From positions 539,388-579,387 of the forward strand of contig CAWEGB010000008.1 in assembly GCA_963808545.1 (NCBI GenBank): 40,000 nucleotides of DNA, read 5' to 3'. This DNA is from an uncultured Thermoleophilaceae bacterium (GTDB taxonomy: Bacteria > Actinomycetota > Thermoleophilia > Solirubrobacterales > Thermoleophilaceae). The first letter of the stretch is position 1, and the number at the start of each line of letters is the position of its first letter. Both the position numbers and the translations under genes were made by a program. The notes under the pieces were generated by a model. The model saw nothing but the letters and a program-made list of their open reading frames with translations, was not told the origin of the DNA and made no database searches. Positions 16,132-25,472 of this stretch are shown piece after piece.

Positions 16132-17141
16132 CGCGAGCGCAGCCGGCCGGCCAGGAGTTCGGCGAGCGCGGCGGCGGGCGCCGCGTCGCGTTCGGCCGCG
16201 CTCCACGGCAGCTCGGTGACAGCGCGCCCCAGGCGCTCGGCGGCGTCGCGCGCCAGGAACGCCCCCGCGCCCAACGGGACCACGGGCGGGTCGCCCTCGA
16301 AGCGCCCGCTCACCCGGCGAACCGCCGCCTCGACCTGGCGCACCTGCTCCGCGTGCAGGAATGCGGCGATCGCATCGATCTCCTCCGCGGTTATTTGCTC
16401 GGCGTCGGCGCACACGAGCCGCGCCACGCGCTCGCGCGCGAACTCGACGGTCGCGGGACGCCCGTCCGGGGTGGCGCAGCTGTACGCGCCGGGCGCGAGG
16501 TGGCCGAGGATCAGATGCACGTCGGCGCTGATCGCGAACAGCTCCGAGGCGACCGGGCAAGAGCTGTCGCGCACCGGCACCCTCGGCGCGATCGCCGCGA
16601 GGTTTGTGCGCAGCGCGCCGGTGTAAACGAGCTCGCCGGCCAACAGCCGGTCGAGGTCGGTGCGACCGGTGGCGGCCACCCGACCCGCGGCGATCGGAAC
16701 GACGTCCGCGGTCGTGCTGCCGACGTCGAGCATCAGGGCGTCGGGGTACAGCGCAGCCACCGCGAGCGCGCTGGCCATCCAGTTGGCGGCCGCGACTTCG
16801 TCTGCGCGCGCCCGCGCCTCCGGGAAGGGGACGACCTCCCCGGCGGTCGTGAAGGCGAGCAGCAGGGGGCCGCCGAACGCCTCCTCCGCGGCGTCGAGCA
16901 CGAATCCCACGCCCTCGCGCTTGCTGCGAAACGCGTCCGAGAGCTCCGCGGTCGTGGTCAGTGCCACCGCCTCCACAGGCCCCGGCGCAATGCCCGCGAC
17001 GACCTCGCGAAGCACCGCCGCGAGCGCCTCGCGGTCGCGCCAGACCTCGAAACGTCGCGAGACGGTGCGCCGCTCGACCCCGTTGCGCCACACCGCCTTC
17101 GTGTTGGCCCCGCCCACGTCGAGGCCGATCACGCCGCCCAT
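16125..17141 (-). CDS. Hydantoinase/oxoprolinase-like ASKHA protein (probable H4MPT-linked C1 transfer pathway protein)
   Basis: 338 codons from ATG 17141 with GGAGAGGG 6 nt upstream. MGGVIGLDVGGANTK.. and ..LMLDVGSTTADVVPI.. are ASKHA phosphate-binding motifs, as in the hydantoinase-like proteins of methanopterin islands. Confidence 0.75.
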   Translation of the reverse strand: MGGVIGLDVGGANTKAVWRNGVERRTVSRRFEVWRDREALAAVLREVVAGIAPGPVEAVALTTTAELSDAFRSKREGVGFVLDAAEEAFGGPLLLAFTTAGEVVPFPEARARADEVAAANWMASALAVAALYPDALMLDVGSTTADVVPIAAGRVAATGRTDLDRLLAGELVYTGALRTNLAAIAPRVPVRDSSCPVASELFAISADVHLILGHLAPGAYSCATPDGRPATVEFARERVARLVCADAEQITAEEIDAIAAFLHAEQVRQVEAAVRRVSGRFEGDPPVVPLGAGAFLARDAAERLGRAVTELPWSAAERDAAPAAALAELLAGRLRSRC

Positions 17142-17159
17142 GAGCGACCCTCTCCGGCC

Positions 17160-17885
17160 ATGCGAGTGATCCCGGTCATCGATCTCAAGAGTGGAGCCGC
17201 CGTGCACGCCGTGCGCGGGGAGCGCGAACGCTATCGCCCTTTGCGCAGCGAGATCGTCGCCGGCTCTGACCCCGTCCGGGTCACGCGCGCCGTCCGCGAT
17301 GCGCTCGGACTGGACGAAGTTTATGTCGCCGATCTCGACGCGATCGCCGGCGGACCGGCACAGCGCAGGGTCCTCGCCGCTCTCGGGCACGAGGCGGGAG
17401 TGATGGTCGATGCCGGCGTCGACGGAGTCGCAGCGGTCCGGCTGCTGCTCGAGCTGGGCGCGGCGCGCGTAGTGATCGGCACCGAGACGCTCCCGGACCA
17501 GTCCGCGCTCGAGCGGCTGCGAGCCGAGCTCCCGGACGCCCCGCTCGTGCTCAGCCTCGACCTCCGGGCGGGCCGCGTCCTCTCGCCCGACGCCGAGCTG
17601 GCTCGGCACGGAGCGGCGGAGGCGCTGGGCCGGCTGGCGCGCTCCGGCGTGAGGGAGGTGATCGTGCTCGACCTCGCGCGCGTTGGCGGCGGCGCGGGTC
17701 CGGATGTTGCCCTGGTGGGCGAGCTCTGCGCCCGCTTTCCCGAGCTCGAGCTGCTGGCCGGCGGCGGCGTGCGCGACGTCGCCGACCTGCGCGCCCTGGC
17801 CGAAGCCGGGGCGGCCGGCGCGCTCGTGGCCACCGCCCTGCACGGCAGTGCGATCGGACCCGACGAGTTGCGCGCGCTCGGGTGA
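17160..17885 (+). CDS. HisA/HisF-family TIM-barrel protein (cofactor-island type)
   Basis: 241 codons from ATG 17160. MRVIPVIDLKSGAAVHAVRG.. and ..LLAGGGVRDVADLRAL.. match the HisA/HisF fold. Only 18 bp from the divergent gene start at 17141. Confidence 0.75.
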   Translation: MRVIPVIDLKSGAAVHAVRGERERYRPLRSEIVAGSDPVRVTRAVRDALGLDEVYVADLDAIAGGPAQRRVLAALGHEAGVMVDAGVDGVAAVRLLLELGAARVVIGTETLPDQSALERLRAELPDAPLVLSLDLRAGRVLSPDAELARHGAAEALGRLARSGVREVIVLDLARVGGGAGPDVALVGELCARFPELELLAGGGVRDVADLRALAEAGAAGALVATALHGSAIGPDELRALG

Positions 17886-17897
17886 GCGCGGTGGACG

Positions 17898-18785
17898 TCA
17901 CCCGACGACCGTCTCCAAGTGCTCTGCGAGCGCGGCCGCCACGTCGACCCCCGTCGCGCGCTCGACGCCCTGCCAGCCGGGGATGCCGTTGACCTCGAGC
18001 ACGTAGTCGCGCCCGTCGCGCGTGCGCAGGAGGTCGACGCCGGCGTAGTCGGCGCCAAGGGCGGCCGCCGCCGCCACACACAGGCGCCCTTGTTGCGCGT
18101 CGAGCCGTACCGGGCGCGCTCGCCCACCGCGCGCGAGGTTCGTGCGCCAGCCTTCGCCCGTCCGCTCGATCGAGGCCGCCACCTGCTCGCCGACGACGAG
18201 CGCTCGCACGTCGCGGCCCGCGTGCGGCAGCGTTTCCTGCAGGTAGTACACGGCCCGTTCGAGCTCCAGCGCGCGGAACACCCGCTGCGCGACGTCGGGA
18301 TCGTCCACGCGCACCATGCCGACCCCCATCGAGCCGAACAGCGGCTTCACGATCACATCGCCGCCGAGCTCGGCGAACGCCTCCAGGGCGTCGGCGGGCC
18401 GCTCGCAGGCGATCGTGCGAGGGGTGGACAGGCCGGCGCGCGCCAGCAGGGTCGAGGCGAGGAACTTGTCGACGGTCCGCTCGATCGCGTGCGCGCTGTT
18501 AACCGCGCGCACGCCGCCGGCGGCAAGCGCGTGCAGCACGTCCACACGGAAGACGACCTGCTCGAGCGAGCCGCGCGGGATGCCGCGCACGAGCACCACG
18601 TCGCAGCCGTCGAGCGCCAGCTCGCGCGAGCGCACACCGAGGCCACCCTCGATGCGGCCCACCATCCGCGTCACCGGCGCGAAGCGGCACTCGTGGCCGC
18701 GCGCCGTCAGAGCTCGTTTCAGCCGACCAGCGTGCCAGCCGCCGGTCGAGCCCAGGACCGCGACGCGCAGCCGCCGCTCGCTCAC
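17898..18785 (-). CDS. RimK-type ATP-grasp ligase, tetrahydromethanopterin:alpha-L-glutamate ligase (MptN)-like
   Basis: 295 codons from GTG 18785. RimK-family features: ..DKFLASTLLARAGLSTPRT.., ..VIVKPLFGSMGVGM.., ..AGVDLL..YVLEVNGIPGW... The remainder of the 724-aa track ORF is antisense to pabAB. Confidence 0.8.
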   Translation of the reverse strand: MSERRLRVAVLGSTGGWHAGRLKRALTARGHECRFAPVTRMVGRIEGGLGVRSRELALDGCDVVLVRGIPRGSLEQVVFRVDVLHALAAGGVRAVNSAHAIERTVDKFLASTLLARAGLSTPRTIACERPADALEAFAELGGDVIVKPLFGSMGVGMVRVDDPDVAQRVFRALELERAVYYLQETLPHAGRDVRALVVGEQVAASIERTGEGWRTNLARGGRARPVRLDAQQGRLCVAAAAALGADYAGVDLLRTRDGRDYVLEVNGIPGWQGVERATGVDVAAALAEHLETVVG

Positions 18786-18806
18786 TGGCGCCCCGCAGGC
18801 GCAAGA

Positions 18807-20945
18807 ATGTGGGCTGGGATGCGCACGCTGTTGATCGACAACTACGACTCCTACACGTTCAACCTCTTCCATCTCTTGGGCGAGGTCAACGACAACGAGC
18901 CGGTGGTCGTCCGCAACGACGAGCTTACGTGGGACGAGCTCGCCGCCCTGGATGCGGACAACGTGGTGATCTCGCCCGGTCCCGGCCGACCGGAGCACAC
19001 TCGCGACGTCGGTGTCTCCCTGGATGCGCTCTGTCGCGCAGAGGTGCCGGTGCTCGGCGTCTGCCTGGGCCACCAGGCTCTTGCCCACGTGGCGGGCGGC
19101 ACGGTCGAACACGCGCTCGAGGTGATGCACGGGCGCCTCAGCCCGATCCAGCACGACGAGAGCGCGCTCTTCGCCGGGCTCCCGCAGGACTTCCTTGCGG
19201 TGCGCTACCACTCGCTGGTGGTCGGAGCCGTCCCCGCAGAGCTGAGGGTCAGCGCCTGGACGCCCGACGGCGTGGTCATGGGGCTGGAGCACAAGGAGAG
19301 GCCTCTGTTCGGCGTGCAGTTCCATCCCGAGTCGGTGAGCACCCGTCACGGCCGCCGGCTCATCGAGAACTTCCGCGACCTCACCCGCGCGCGGGGCGCG
19401 CCGGCCCCGAGCCGGTTCGCCCGGCCGCGGCGCCCTGCGAAGGGCTACGCCGAGGGCCCCGCCCAGGCGGGCGTGCGCGTCCACCATCGGCGGCTCGAGA
19501 CCTGGTGCGAGCCCGAGGCGGTGTTCGAGGCGCTCTACAGCGACCATGACCACGCGGTCTGGCTCGACAGCGCGACCGAGGGCCCGGGCTTGGGGCGGTT
19601 CTCGTTCGTCGGCGCCCCCGACGGGCCGCTCGGCGAGGTCGTGCGCTACGACGTCGAGACGCGATCGCTCGCGGTCGAGCGCCAGTCGGGGCGGGAGCTC
19701 CGAAGCGAGAGCGTGCTCGATTACTGCCGTGACCGGCTCGCTCGCCTGCAGACCGATGCCCCTGAGCTGCCCTTCGACTTCACCTGCGGCTTCGCCGGCT
19801 ATCTCGGTTTCGAGCTCAAGGCCGAGTGCGGGGCCCGGCCGGTGCACGCCTCCGCGCTGCCGGACGCGGCGCTGATGCTCTGCGACCGGCTGATCGCCTT
19901 CGACCACGCCGAGCGCCACGTCTACCCGCTCGCACTCGCCGACCCCTCCGGCACGGATGCGGCCTGCGCCTGGCTTGCCACATGCGCGGAGCGGTTGGGC
20001 GAGATCGCGTGCGAGCCGCCGCCGCTGCCACCGCCCCCAGCTTCGCCCGGCACGCTCCGTTTCGAGCTCCATGACTCCCCGGAGGCGTACTTGGCCAACA
20101 TTGCGGCCTGCCGACGCGAGATCATCGAGGGCGAGACCTACGAGGTCTGCTTGACCACCGAGCTCCGCAGCGACGAAAGCCTCGACCCGCTGCGGGCCTA
20201 CCGTGCGCTGAGGGCGCGGAACCCGGCGCCCTTCGCTGCGCTACTGCGGCTCGGCGAGCAGTCGGTGCTGAGCTCCTCGCCCGAGCGCTTCCTCCGAGTG
20301 GACAGGGATGGCGTCGTCGAGTCGCGCCCGATGAAGGGGACGGCGGCTCGGGCGGCGGAGCCCTTCGAGGACGCCTGCCGGGCGGCCGAGCTCCGCCGCG
20401 ACAGGAAGACCCGGGCGGAGAACCTGATGATCGCGGACCTCGTGCGCAACGACCTCGGCCGGGTCTCCGCGCTGGGCACCGTCGAGGTCCCGGCGCTGAT
20501 GTCCGTGGAGCCGTACGCCACGGTCCACCAGATGGTGACCGTGGTGCGCGGCCGCCTACGCGAGGGCTGCGATGCGATCGACTGTGTGCGTGCCGCGTTC
20601 CCACCCGGATCGATGACGGGTGCGCCGAAGCTCCGCACGCTGGAGATCCTCGACCGCCTCGAAGACCGTCCGCGCGGCGTCTACTCCGGCGCGCTTGGGT
20701 TCTTCGCCGTGAACGGCACCGCCGACCTCAACGTCGTGATACGCACGCTGGTGGCGTCCTCGGATGGCCTCAGCGTCGGCGCCGGCGGAGCGATCGTGGC
20801 AGCGTCCGATCCCGAGGCGGAGCTCGAGGAGATGCTGCTGAAGGCGCGTTCGGTGCTCGCGACCGTCGGCGGTCAGCGGTCGGCTTCAAGGATCAGGATC
20901 TCGCCGCGCCGCAGCTCGAGGCCGTCGCCGCTCCAGCGCGCGTAG
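18807..20945 (+). CDS. pabAB: Fused aminodeoxychorismate synthase PabA-PabB (glutamine amidotransferase + component I)
   Basis: About 712 aa from ATG 18807 (alternative ATG 18819). N-terminal GATase (LLIDNYDSYTFNL.., GVCLGHQAL, FHPES). C-terminal chorismate-binding domain (..SSSPERFLRV..RPMKGTA.., ..FPPGSMTGAPK..). The first stop in frame is at 20943-20945, which gives a 73-nt convergent overlap with fhcC. Confidence 0.85.
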   Translation: MWAGMRTLLIDNYDSYTFNLFHLLGEVNDNEPVVVRNDELTWDELAALDADNVVISPGPGRPEHTRDVGVSLDALCRAEVPVLGVCLGHQALAHVAGGTVEHALEVMHGRLSPIQHDESALFAGLPQDFLAVRYHSLVVGAVPAELRVSAWTPDGVVMGLEHKERPLFGVQFHPESVSTRHGRRLIENFRDLTRARGAPAPSRFARPRRPAKGYAEGPAQAGVRVHHRRLETWCEPEAVFEALYSDHDHAVWLDSATEGPGLGRFSFVGAPDGPLGEVVRYDVETRSLAVERQSGRELRSESVLDYCRDRLARLQTDAPELPFDFTCGFAGYLGFELKAECGARPVHASALPDAALMLCDRLIAFDHAERHVYPLALADPSGTDAACAWLATCAERLGEIACEPPPLPPPPASPGTLRFELHDSPEAYLANIAACRREIIEGETYEVCLTTELRSDESLDPLRAYRALRARNPAPFAALLRLGEQSVLSSSPERFLRVDRDGVVESRPMKGTAARAAEPFEDACRAAELRRDRKTRAENLMIADLVRNDLGRVSALGTVEVPALMSVEPYATVHQMVTVVRGRLREGCDAIDCVRAAFPPGSMTGAPKLRTLEILDRLEDRPRGVYSGALGFFAVNGTADLNVVIRTLVASSDGLSVGAGGAIVAASDPEAELEEMLLKARSVLATVGGQRSASRIRISPRRSSRPSPLQRA

Positions 20946-21694
20946 CGACCCTCGACCTGCCCGTCGGCCAGCGATAGGCCCAGCCCGCGCAGATGGCGCA
21001 GGTACAGGCGCAGGAAGGGCGGCCGGTACGAGCACGCGAAGGTGAAGGTGGGCAGCAGCGTCACCTCCGACATGGCCACGATCGTGCCACGCCGCATACC
21101 GGCCCCCGGCACGGCGCCGAGCGGGCCGAGAGCGACGATCGTGCCGGCCAGCATGCTCAGCCCCGCGGCATCGCCCATGCGCCCCGCGACGGCGATCAGG
21201 CCACGCCGCAGGCCGGCGCCGACCTGGTCGCCGGCGTCGCCCTGAACGAGGATCTCGCCGCCGCGCATCCCTGCTCGCTCGCCCGGCAACGCTCCGCCGA
21301 GCTGGTGCCCGGCGGAGCCCCCCACGACGAGCCGGCCGCCGCGCATGCCCGTGCCCGCGAAATCCCCGACGTCTCCTTCCACCACCAGCTCGCCTCCGCG
21401 CATCTCCGCGCCGGTGTGCATACCCGCGTCGCCCGTGACGGTCAGTCGGCCGGCCGTCATGCCCGCCCCGATGAACTTGACGCTCCGCAGGTTGCCCTCG
21501 ACCCGCACGTCGCCGTCGCCGTCGCCGTCGCCCGAGACGGTGAAGAAGTCCGCCAGCTGCGCCCGCCGGTTGCCATGCCAGACCGGGTGCGCCTCAACCT
21601 CAGCGGGGCGAAGACCGGCGAGGCGGTCCGGGCTCAGGCCCTCGGCCTCGAGCGGCACCGTCGGCTGCTCGCGCAGGCTGAGGGTTAGCGGCAT
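20873..21694 (-). CDS. fhcC: Formyltransferase/hydrolase complex subunit C (FwdC/FmdC homologue)
   Basis: 273 codons from ATG 21694 (TGATG junction with the fhcD stop). Repeated G-x-x-M-x-G-G beta-helix repeats (GAEMRGGELVV, GTGMRGGRLVV, RAGMRGGEILV) are typical of subunit C. Confidence 0.85.
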   Translation of the reverse strand: MPLTLSLREQPTVPLEAEGLSPDRLAGLRPAEVEAHPVWHGNRRAQLADFFTVSGDGDGDGDVRVEGNLRSVKFIGAGMTAGRLTVTGDAGMHTGAEMRGGELVVEGDVGDFAGTGMRGGRLVVGGSAGHQLGGALPGERAGMRGGEILVQGDAGDQVGAGLRRGLIAVAGRMGDAAGLSMLAGTIVALGPLGAVPGAGMRRGTIVAMSEVTLLPTFTFACSYRPPFLRLYLRHLRGLGLSLADGQVEGRYARWSGDGLELRRGEILILEADR

Positions 21695-22593
21695 CAGTCC
21701 CTCAAGCCGCGCACGAGCCCGCGCAGCTGGATGTGGTGCGGTCCCAGATTGCCCCCGTAGTTGCCGGCCGTCACCTGGCTGGCGCCCGCCGCGGCGGCGG
21801 CCTCGAGGCCTCGCGCCATCGCTTCGCGCACGGCCTCGACCGTCAGGCCGTCGATGACGATCTCGAACACCGAGCCGATGTCCGGCGGAACGTCGCTGTG
21901 CGGGACCTGCGCGCGCAGCGTGGGGCACAGCACGTCGTTGGTCGAGGCGATCAGACCGCTGTAGCGGGAACCGACCTTGCTGCCGCTGCGGGTGATGCCG
22001 CCCGGGAAGGGCAGGATCATGTCGCGGACCGCCCGCATCGCGGCCGCCGCCTCCTCGGCCGCGTGCAGGGCCACGGCGACGTCGCGGCCGAGGATGACGA
22101 TGTTGCCGCCGGCGACTCCCTCGGCCACGGCGAAGCGCTCCTCGACCAGGAACTCGCCCTCCATCACCGGCACCCGCCAGTAGCGGCGCCCGTCGAGCAC
22201 CTTGCTGGCCTGGTAGCCGTCGCCAAAGAAGCGCAGCTGCCCACCGACGTCAACCGTCTTCTCACTGTCGAGCCCGTTGAAGCAGGCCGTCGTGGGACAT
22301 GTGAGCACGCTCTGGCCGACGCGCTCCACCAGCCGTTTCGCCAGCCCCTCGCGATCGTTGGCGAACAGCAGCGCGCTGGTCCCGGGCCGTCCGTCGGGGG
22401 TCTCGTCGGGATCGAGCTCGCGCTCGATGCCGGCCTCGCACTTGCAGCCGATCACCGACGTGGCGAAGCCGGTCAGCGAGCGGGCGGCCTCGTGTGCCCA
22501 GGCGGGGCTTTCGGCGGTGATGACGATCCGCGCTCCCCACATCGGGAACGCCTCCGCGAAGGTGTCGACGACCTCGGTGCCGTTCAGCCTCAT
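21694..22593 (-). CDS. fhcD: Formylmethanofuran:tetrahydromethanopterin formyltransferase (Ftr/FhcD)
   Basis: 299 codons from ATG 22593 (ATGA overlap with the fhcA stop). MRLNGTEVVDTFAEAFPMWGARIVITA.. is Ftr-like along the full length. Confidence 0.9.
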   Translation of the reverse strand: MRLNGTEVVDTFAEAFPMWGARIVITAESPAWAHEAARSLTGFATSVIGCKCEAGIERELDPDETPDGRPGTSALLFANDREGLAKRLVERVGQSVLTCPTTACFNGLDSEKTVDVGGQLRFFGDGYQASKVLDGRRYWRVPVMEGEFLVEERFAVAEGVAGGNIVILGRDVAVALHAAEEAAAAMRAVRDMILPFPGGITRSGSKVGSRYSGLIASTNDVLCPTLRAQVPHSDVPPDIGSVFEIVIDGLTVEAVREAMARGLEAAAAAGASQVTAGNYGGNLGPHHIQLRGLVRGLRD

Positions 22594-24233
22594 CGCCCGT
22601 TCCCGTTGCGCCGGGCGGCGATCCGGCGGGCGGGCTCCAGCAGCCACGGCTCGCGGACCGGGTAGTTCGCGAACTTCACGCTGTAGAGCTCGTCGAAGAG
22701 CGGTCGCAGGGTGCGCTCGATCGCCTCGTCGTGATCGGCCGCCACCCGGAGGAGCTCCCCGGCCGGCGTCTCGCGCAGCTCGCCCTCTTCGACGATCACG
22801 CGTCCGCTCTTGATGACGTAGCGCGGCGTGGCGAACATCTCCTCGACGTCCTCGCGCTCCCGGTAGACCGTCACGTCGGCGTCGGCACCTACCCCGAGAT
22901 GGCCCTTGTCGGTCAGCCCGAGCAGTCGCGCGGGCCCGGCACGGGTGATGATCGCAATCTCGCCAAGCGTGTACTCACGCTCGAGGTCGTCGCGAAGCAC
23001 GGTGCGCCCGATCGCCTTCTGGTTGACGCGCCCGATCTGCTCGTTTCGGAACTCGCGGTCCATCAGCAGGCGGATCAGCCGCGGGTAGCTCAGGAACGAG
23101 CCGCCGTTGGGGTGGTCGGTCGAGAGCACGACCCGCCATGGGTCGCGGCTGAGCAGGAACAGCTCCAGGCCGATCCCCCACTGCAGCGCGTGAACGTAGT
23201 TGCGTTCGCGGTACTCGAAGGGCACGATGCCGCAGCCGGTCTCAGCCTCGAGATCGGCGTTCACCCACTTGCCGCCGGTGACCTCGCGCAGCACCGCGGA
23301 GACGGGCGCGTCGGCGGTCATCGTCGTCGCCGCCCCGAACATCACCTGGCCGATGTCGGCGCTGTGCTCGGGGTGCGCGTCGAGGTGCTCGGCCAGCTCC
23401 GGCGCGCGCGAGCGCGGCCGTTTGCCAGGCGTCCCGCCGTAGGCGTGGAACTGCAGGTGAGCGAGGTGCGCCCGCCGGCCCTGCAGGGCGTCGAGCGTGT
23501 CGAGCGTGGTGCGCCAGTTCCCCGCGACCCCGAGGTTGTTGCAATGGACGTGGACGGGGTGAGGCAGGCCGAGCTCGTCGACGGAGCCGGCGATCGCCTC
23601 CAGCACGCGGCGCGGCGTGACGCCCAGCCCCTCCACCTCGTCGTCCAGCGCCGTGACATTGCCGTTGCCGTGCTTCCACATCTCGACGCCGCCCGGGTTG
23701 ACCAGCTTGACGCCATAGCCGCCGGTCGCCTCCAGGAACCAGGCCACGGCCTCGGTCACGGGGCCACCTTCGCGGATGAGCTTGAACAGCGGCAGGTTGT
23801 TGCCCATCAGCACGAGGAAGGCGGCGTCGACAATCGGTGTGTCCCGCAGCTCTGCGAGCGTGTGGCGCGCGGCGAGCGGCGGGGTGGCGGCGTCGACGAC
23901 GGTCGTGTAGCCGAGGAGCGCGTAGCGGTATCCGGTCGCGAAGGTCGACGGCACCGTCCCGCCCGTTCCCGAGCGCGTGAGCGCGGTGCGATCGATCACG
24001 TCGGCCCGGTGCTCCTCCGGGGCGAGCTTGCGCGCGGCGTTGACCGCCGGACCGGCGATGTGGGAGTGGATGTCCACCCCGCCCGGCATCACGACCATGC
24101 CGCTTGCATCGATGCGCGGGGCGTGCGACGGCAGCTCATCGACCACCTTGCCGCCGTCCAGGCAGACGTCCCGCACCTCGCCGTCGATCCCGTTGGCCGG
24201 GTCGTAGACGCGCCCTTGCGCGATGCGCAGCAT
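22590..24233 (-). CDS. fhcA: Formyltransferase/hydrolase complex subunit A (FwdA-like amidohydrolase)
   Basis: 547-aa ORF starting at ATG 24233. Amidohydrolase motif ..MPGGVDIHSHIAGP.. and full-length FwdA/FhcA resemblance. Confidence 0.9.
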   Translation of the reverse strand: MLRIAQGRVYDPANGIDGEVRDVCLDGGKVVDELPSHAPRIDASGMVVMPGGVDIHSHIAGPAVNAARKLAPEEHRADVIDRTALTRSGTGGTVPSTFATGYRYALLGYTTVVDAATPPLAARHTLAELRDTPIVDAAFLVLMGNNLPLFKLIREGGPVTEAVAWFLEATGGYGVKLVNPGGVEMWKHGNGNVTALDDEVEGLGVTPRRVLEAIAGSVDELGLPHPVHVHCNNLGVAGNWRTTLDTLDALQGRRAHLAHLQFHAYGGTPGKRPRSRAPELAEHLDAHPEHSADIGQVMFGAATTMTADAPVSAVLREVTGGKWVNADLEAETGCGIVPFEYRERNYVHALQWGIGLELFLLSRDPWRVVLSTDHPNGGSFLSYPRLIRLLMDREFRNEQIGRVNQKAIGRTVLRDDLEREYTLGEIAIITRAGPARLLGLTDKGHLGVGADADVTVYREREDVEEMFATPRYVIKSGRVIVEEGELRETPAGELLRVAADHDEAIERTLRPLFDELYSVKFANYPVREPWLLEPARRIAARRNGNGR

Positions 24234-24239
24234 CGCCGG

Positions 24240-25472
24240 CTAGCCCCCCTCGTCCCCGGCGATGCGTCCCTGGATCGCGGCGAGCACTTCGCCGTCCCCG
24301 ACGCGTTCGGATACGAGCGGCGCGCGCAGCGTCAGGGGCACGCCGTCCATCCGATGCGCGGTGGCCTCACGCTGTACTCCGGCGGCGGCCGTGGCGAACG
24401 CGACGCGGGCCACCGAGGCGGTCTCGGTGGCGCGCGGGTCGACGACCACCATGGGGATCCGGCGAAGGTTGTCGGCCGCGCGCGGCGGGAGCTGGCGCAG
24501 CGCGTCGAAGCCCACGATCAGCGCGGCGTCCGGCTCGCCGCGCTCCAGCAGGCCGGCGGCACTGAACTCCCCGGACCGCGCCCGCGGATGACCTCGCGCG
24601 AAGCTCACGGCTGCCGGGTACCCGGTCTGCCACGCCAGCACGTCCTCGGCTCCGCGCGCATTGCCCTCCCGCCGCAGCGGCAGAGCGACCACGTGGGCGA
24701 CGCGCGCCAGATCGCGCACGAGGGCGAGCAGCGCCAGCGAGTTCGCGTACCCGGCGGGACCGTGCAGCACCACGCCGTAGCTGCTTGCGCGCAGACGGGC
24801 CGCGAGCTGCGCGAGGGCGTCGAGCGGCAACCGCGCCGCGAGATCGCGCTCGAGCGGGATCTCGCGCGCGAGCGCTCGCAGCGCCCATAGCGCCTCGAAG
24901 TCGAGCTCGGGTGCGACCTCGATGAACTCGTCGGCCTCCGCGGCGGTTGCGCTGCGCTGTTCATCGACGACCACCAGCGTGCGCTCGGCCGCCCGCGCCG
25001 CGTGATCGAGCCGCAGGCGCGGAAGCAGCCGCGGATTGGACGAGACCGGGTCGGCGCGCCAGGCGACGACGAGATCGGCCCGGTCGCGGACGTCGCCGAA
25101 TGTTGCAGTGCTGACCCCTAGGGTCTGCGAGGCCGCTGCGACACCGTCCGAGGGGTCGATCACGGCGCCGAGCGCCTCGGCCAGGGCCACGGCGGCGCGC
25201 TGGCTCTCACAGTCGGTCCCCCCGAGGCCGCAGAACAGCGGCAGCCGGGCCTCGCCGAGGATCGCGGCCGACGCCTCGACGGCGTCTGCGAGGTCCACCT
25301 CGCGGCCGTCGACGCGGGCCAGCGGAGGAGCCTCGGCCGTCCGTTCGGCAAGCCACGCGTCGCCCAGTGGGCAGGTGCCGGTCGCGCCCTCGAGCGCTCC
25401 GGCGGCAACCGCGACCTCGATGTCGTCACATCCACATCCGCAGCCGCCACAGGTCGCTGCGTACTCAGGCAT
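24240..25472 (-). CDS. fhcB: Formyltransferase/hydrolase complex subunit B (FwdB-like)
   Basis: 410-aa ORF starting at ATG 25472. N-terminal Cys cluster ([12 protein letters not shown]) and molybdopterin-oxidoreductase-like body, as in FhcB. First gene of the fhcB-A-D-C block. Confidence 0.85.
   Translation of the reverse strand: MPEYAATCGGCGCGCDDIEVAVAAGALEGATGTCPLGDAWLAERTAEAPPLARVDGREVDLADAVEASAAILGEARLPLFCGLGGTDCESQRAAVALAEALGAVIDPSDGVAAASQTLGVSTATFGDVRDRADLVVAWRADPVSSNPRLLPRLRLDHAARAAERTLVVVDEQRSATAAEADEFIEVAPELDFEALWALRALAREIPLERDLAARLPLDALAQLAARLRASSYGVVLHGPAGYANSLALLALVRDLARVAHVVALPLRREGNARGAEDVLAWQTGYPAAVSFARGHPRARSGEFSAAGLLERGEPDAALIVGFDALRQLPPRAADNLRRIPMVVVDPRATETASVARVAFATAAAGVQREATAHRMDGVPLTLRAPLVSERVGDGEVLAAIQGRIAGDEGG

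Noticed and set aside
16132-17091. Upstream 320 aa of the 556-aa minus-strand track ORF 15421-17091.
   Set aside because: It is an alternate frame of the hydantoinase-like gene and is Gly/Arg-rich. The amino-acid-kinase motif VVKVGGG begins at GTG 16131.
17919-18806. N-terminal ~296 aa of the 1008-aa plus-strand track ORF.
   Set aside because: It is antisense to the RimK/MptN-like gene. The recognisable PabA domain starts only at MWAGMRTLLIDNYDSYTF (18807/18819).
18786-20072. Upstream ~430 aa of the 724-aa minus-strand track ORF.
   Set aside because: It is antisense to pabAB and low-complexity. The RimK-like homology begins at VSERRLRVAVLGS (GTG 18785).
22731-24890. 719-aa plus-strand ORF, the longest ORF in this part of the track.
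   Set aside because: It runs antisense across both fhcA and fhcB. The translation is Arg/Ala/Gly/Pro-rich with no family resemblance. This is typical of stop-codon-poor shadow frames in very GC-rich DNA, and the opposite strand has unmistakable FhcA/FhcB homology.
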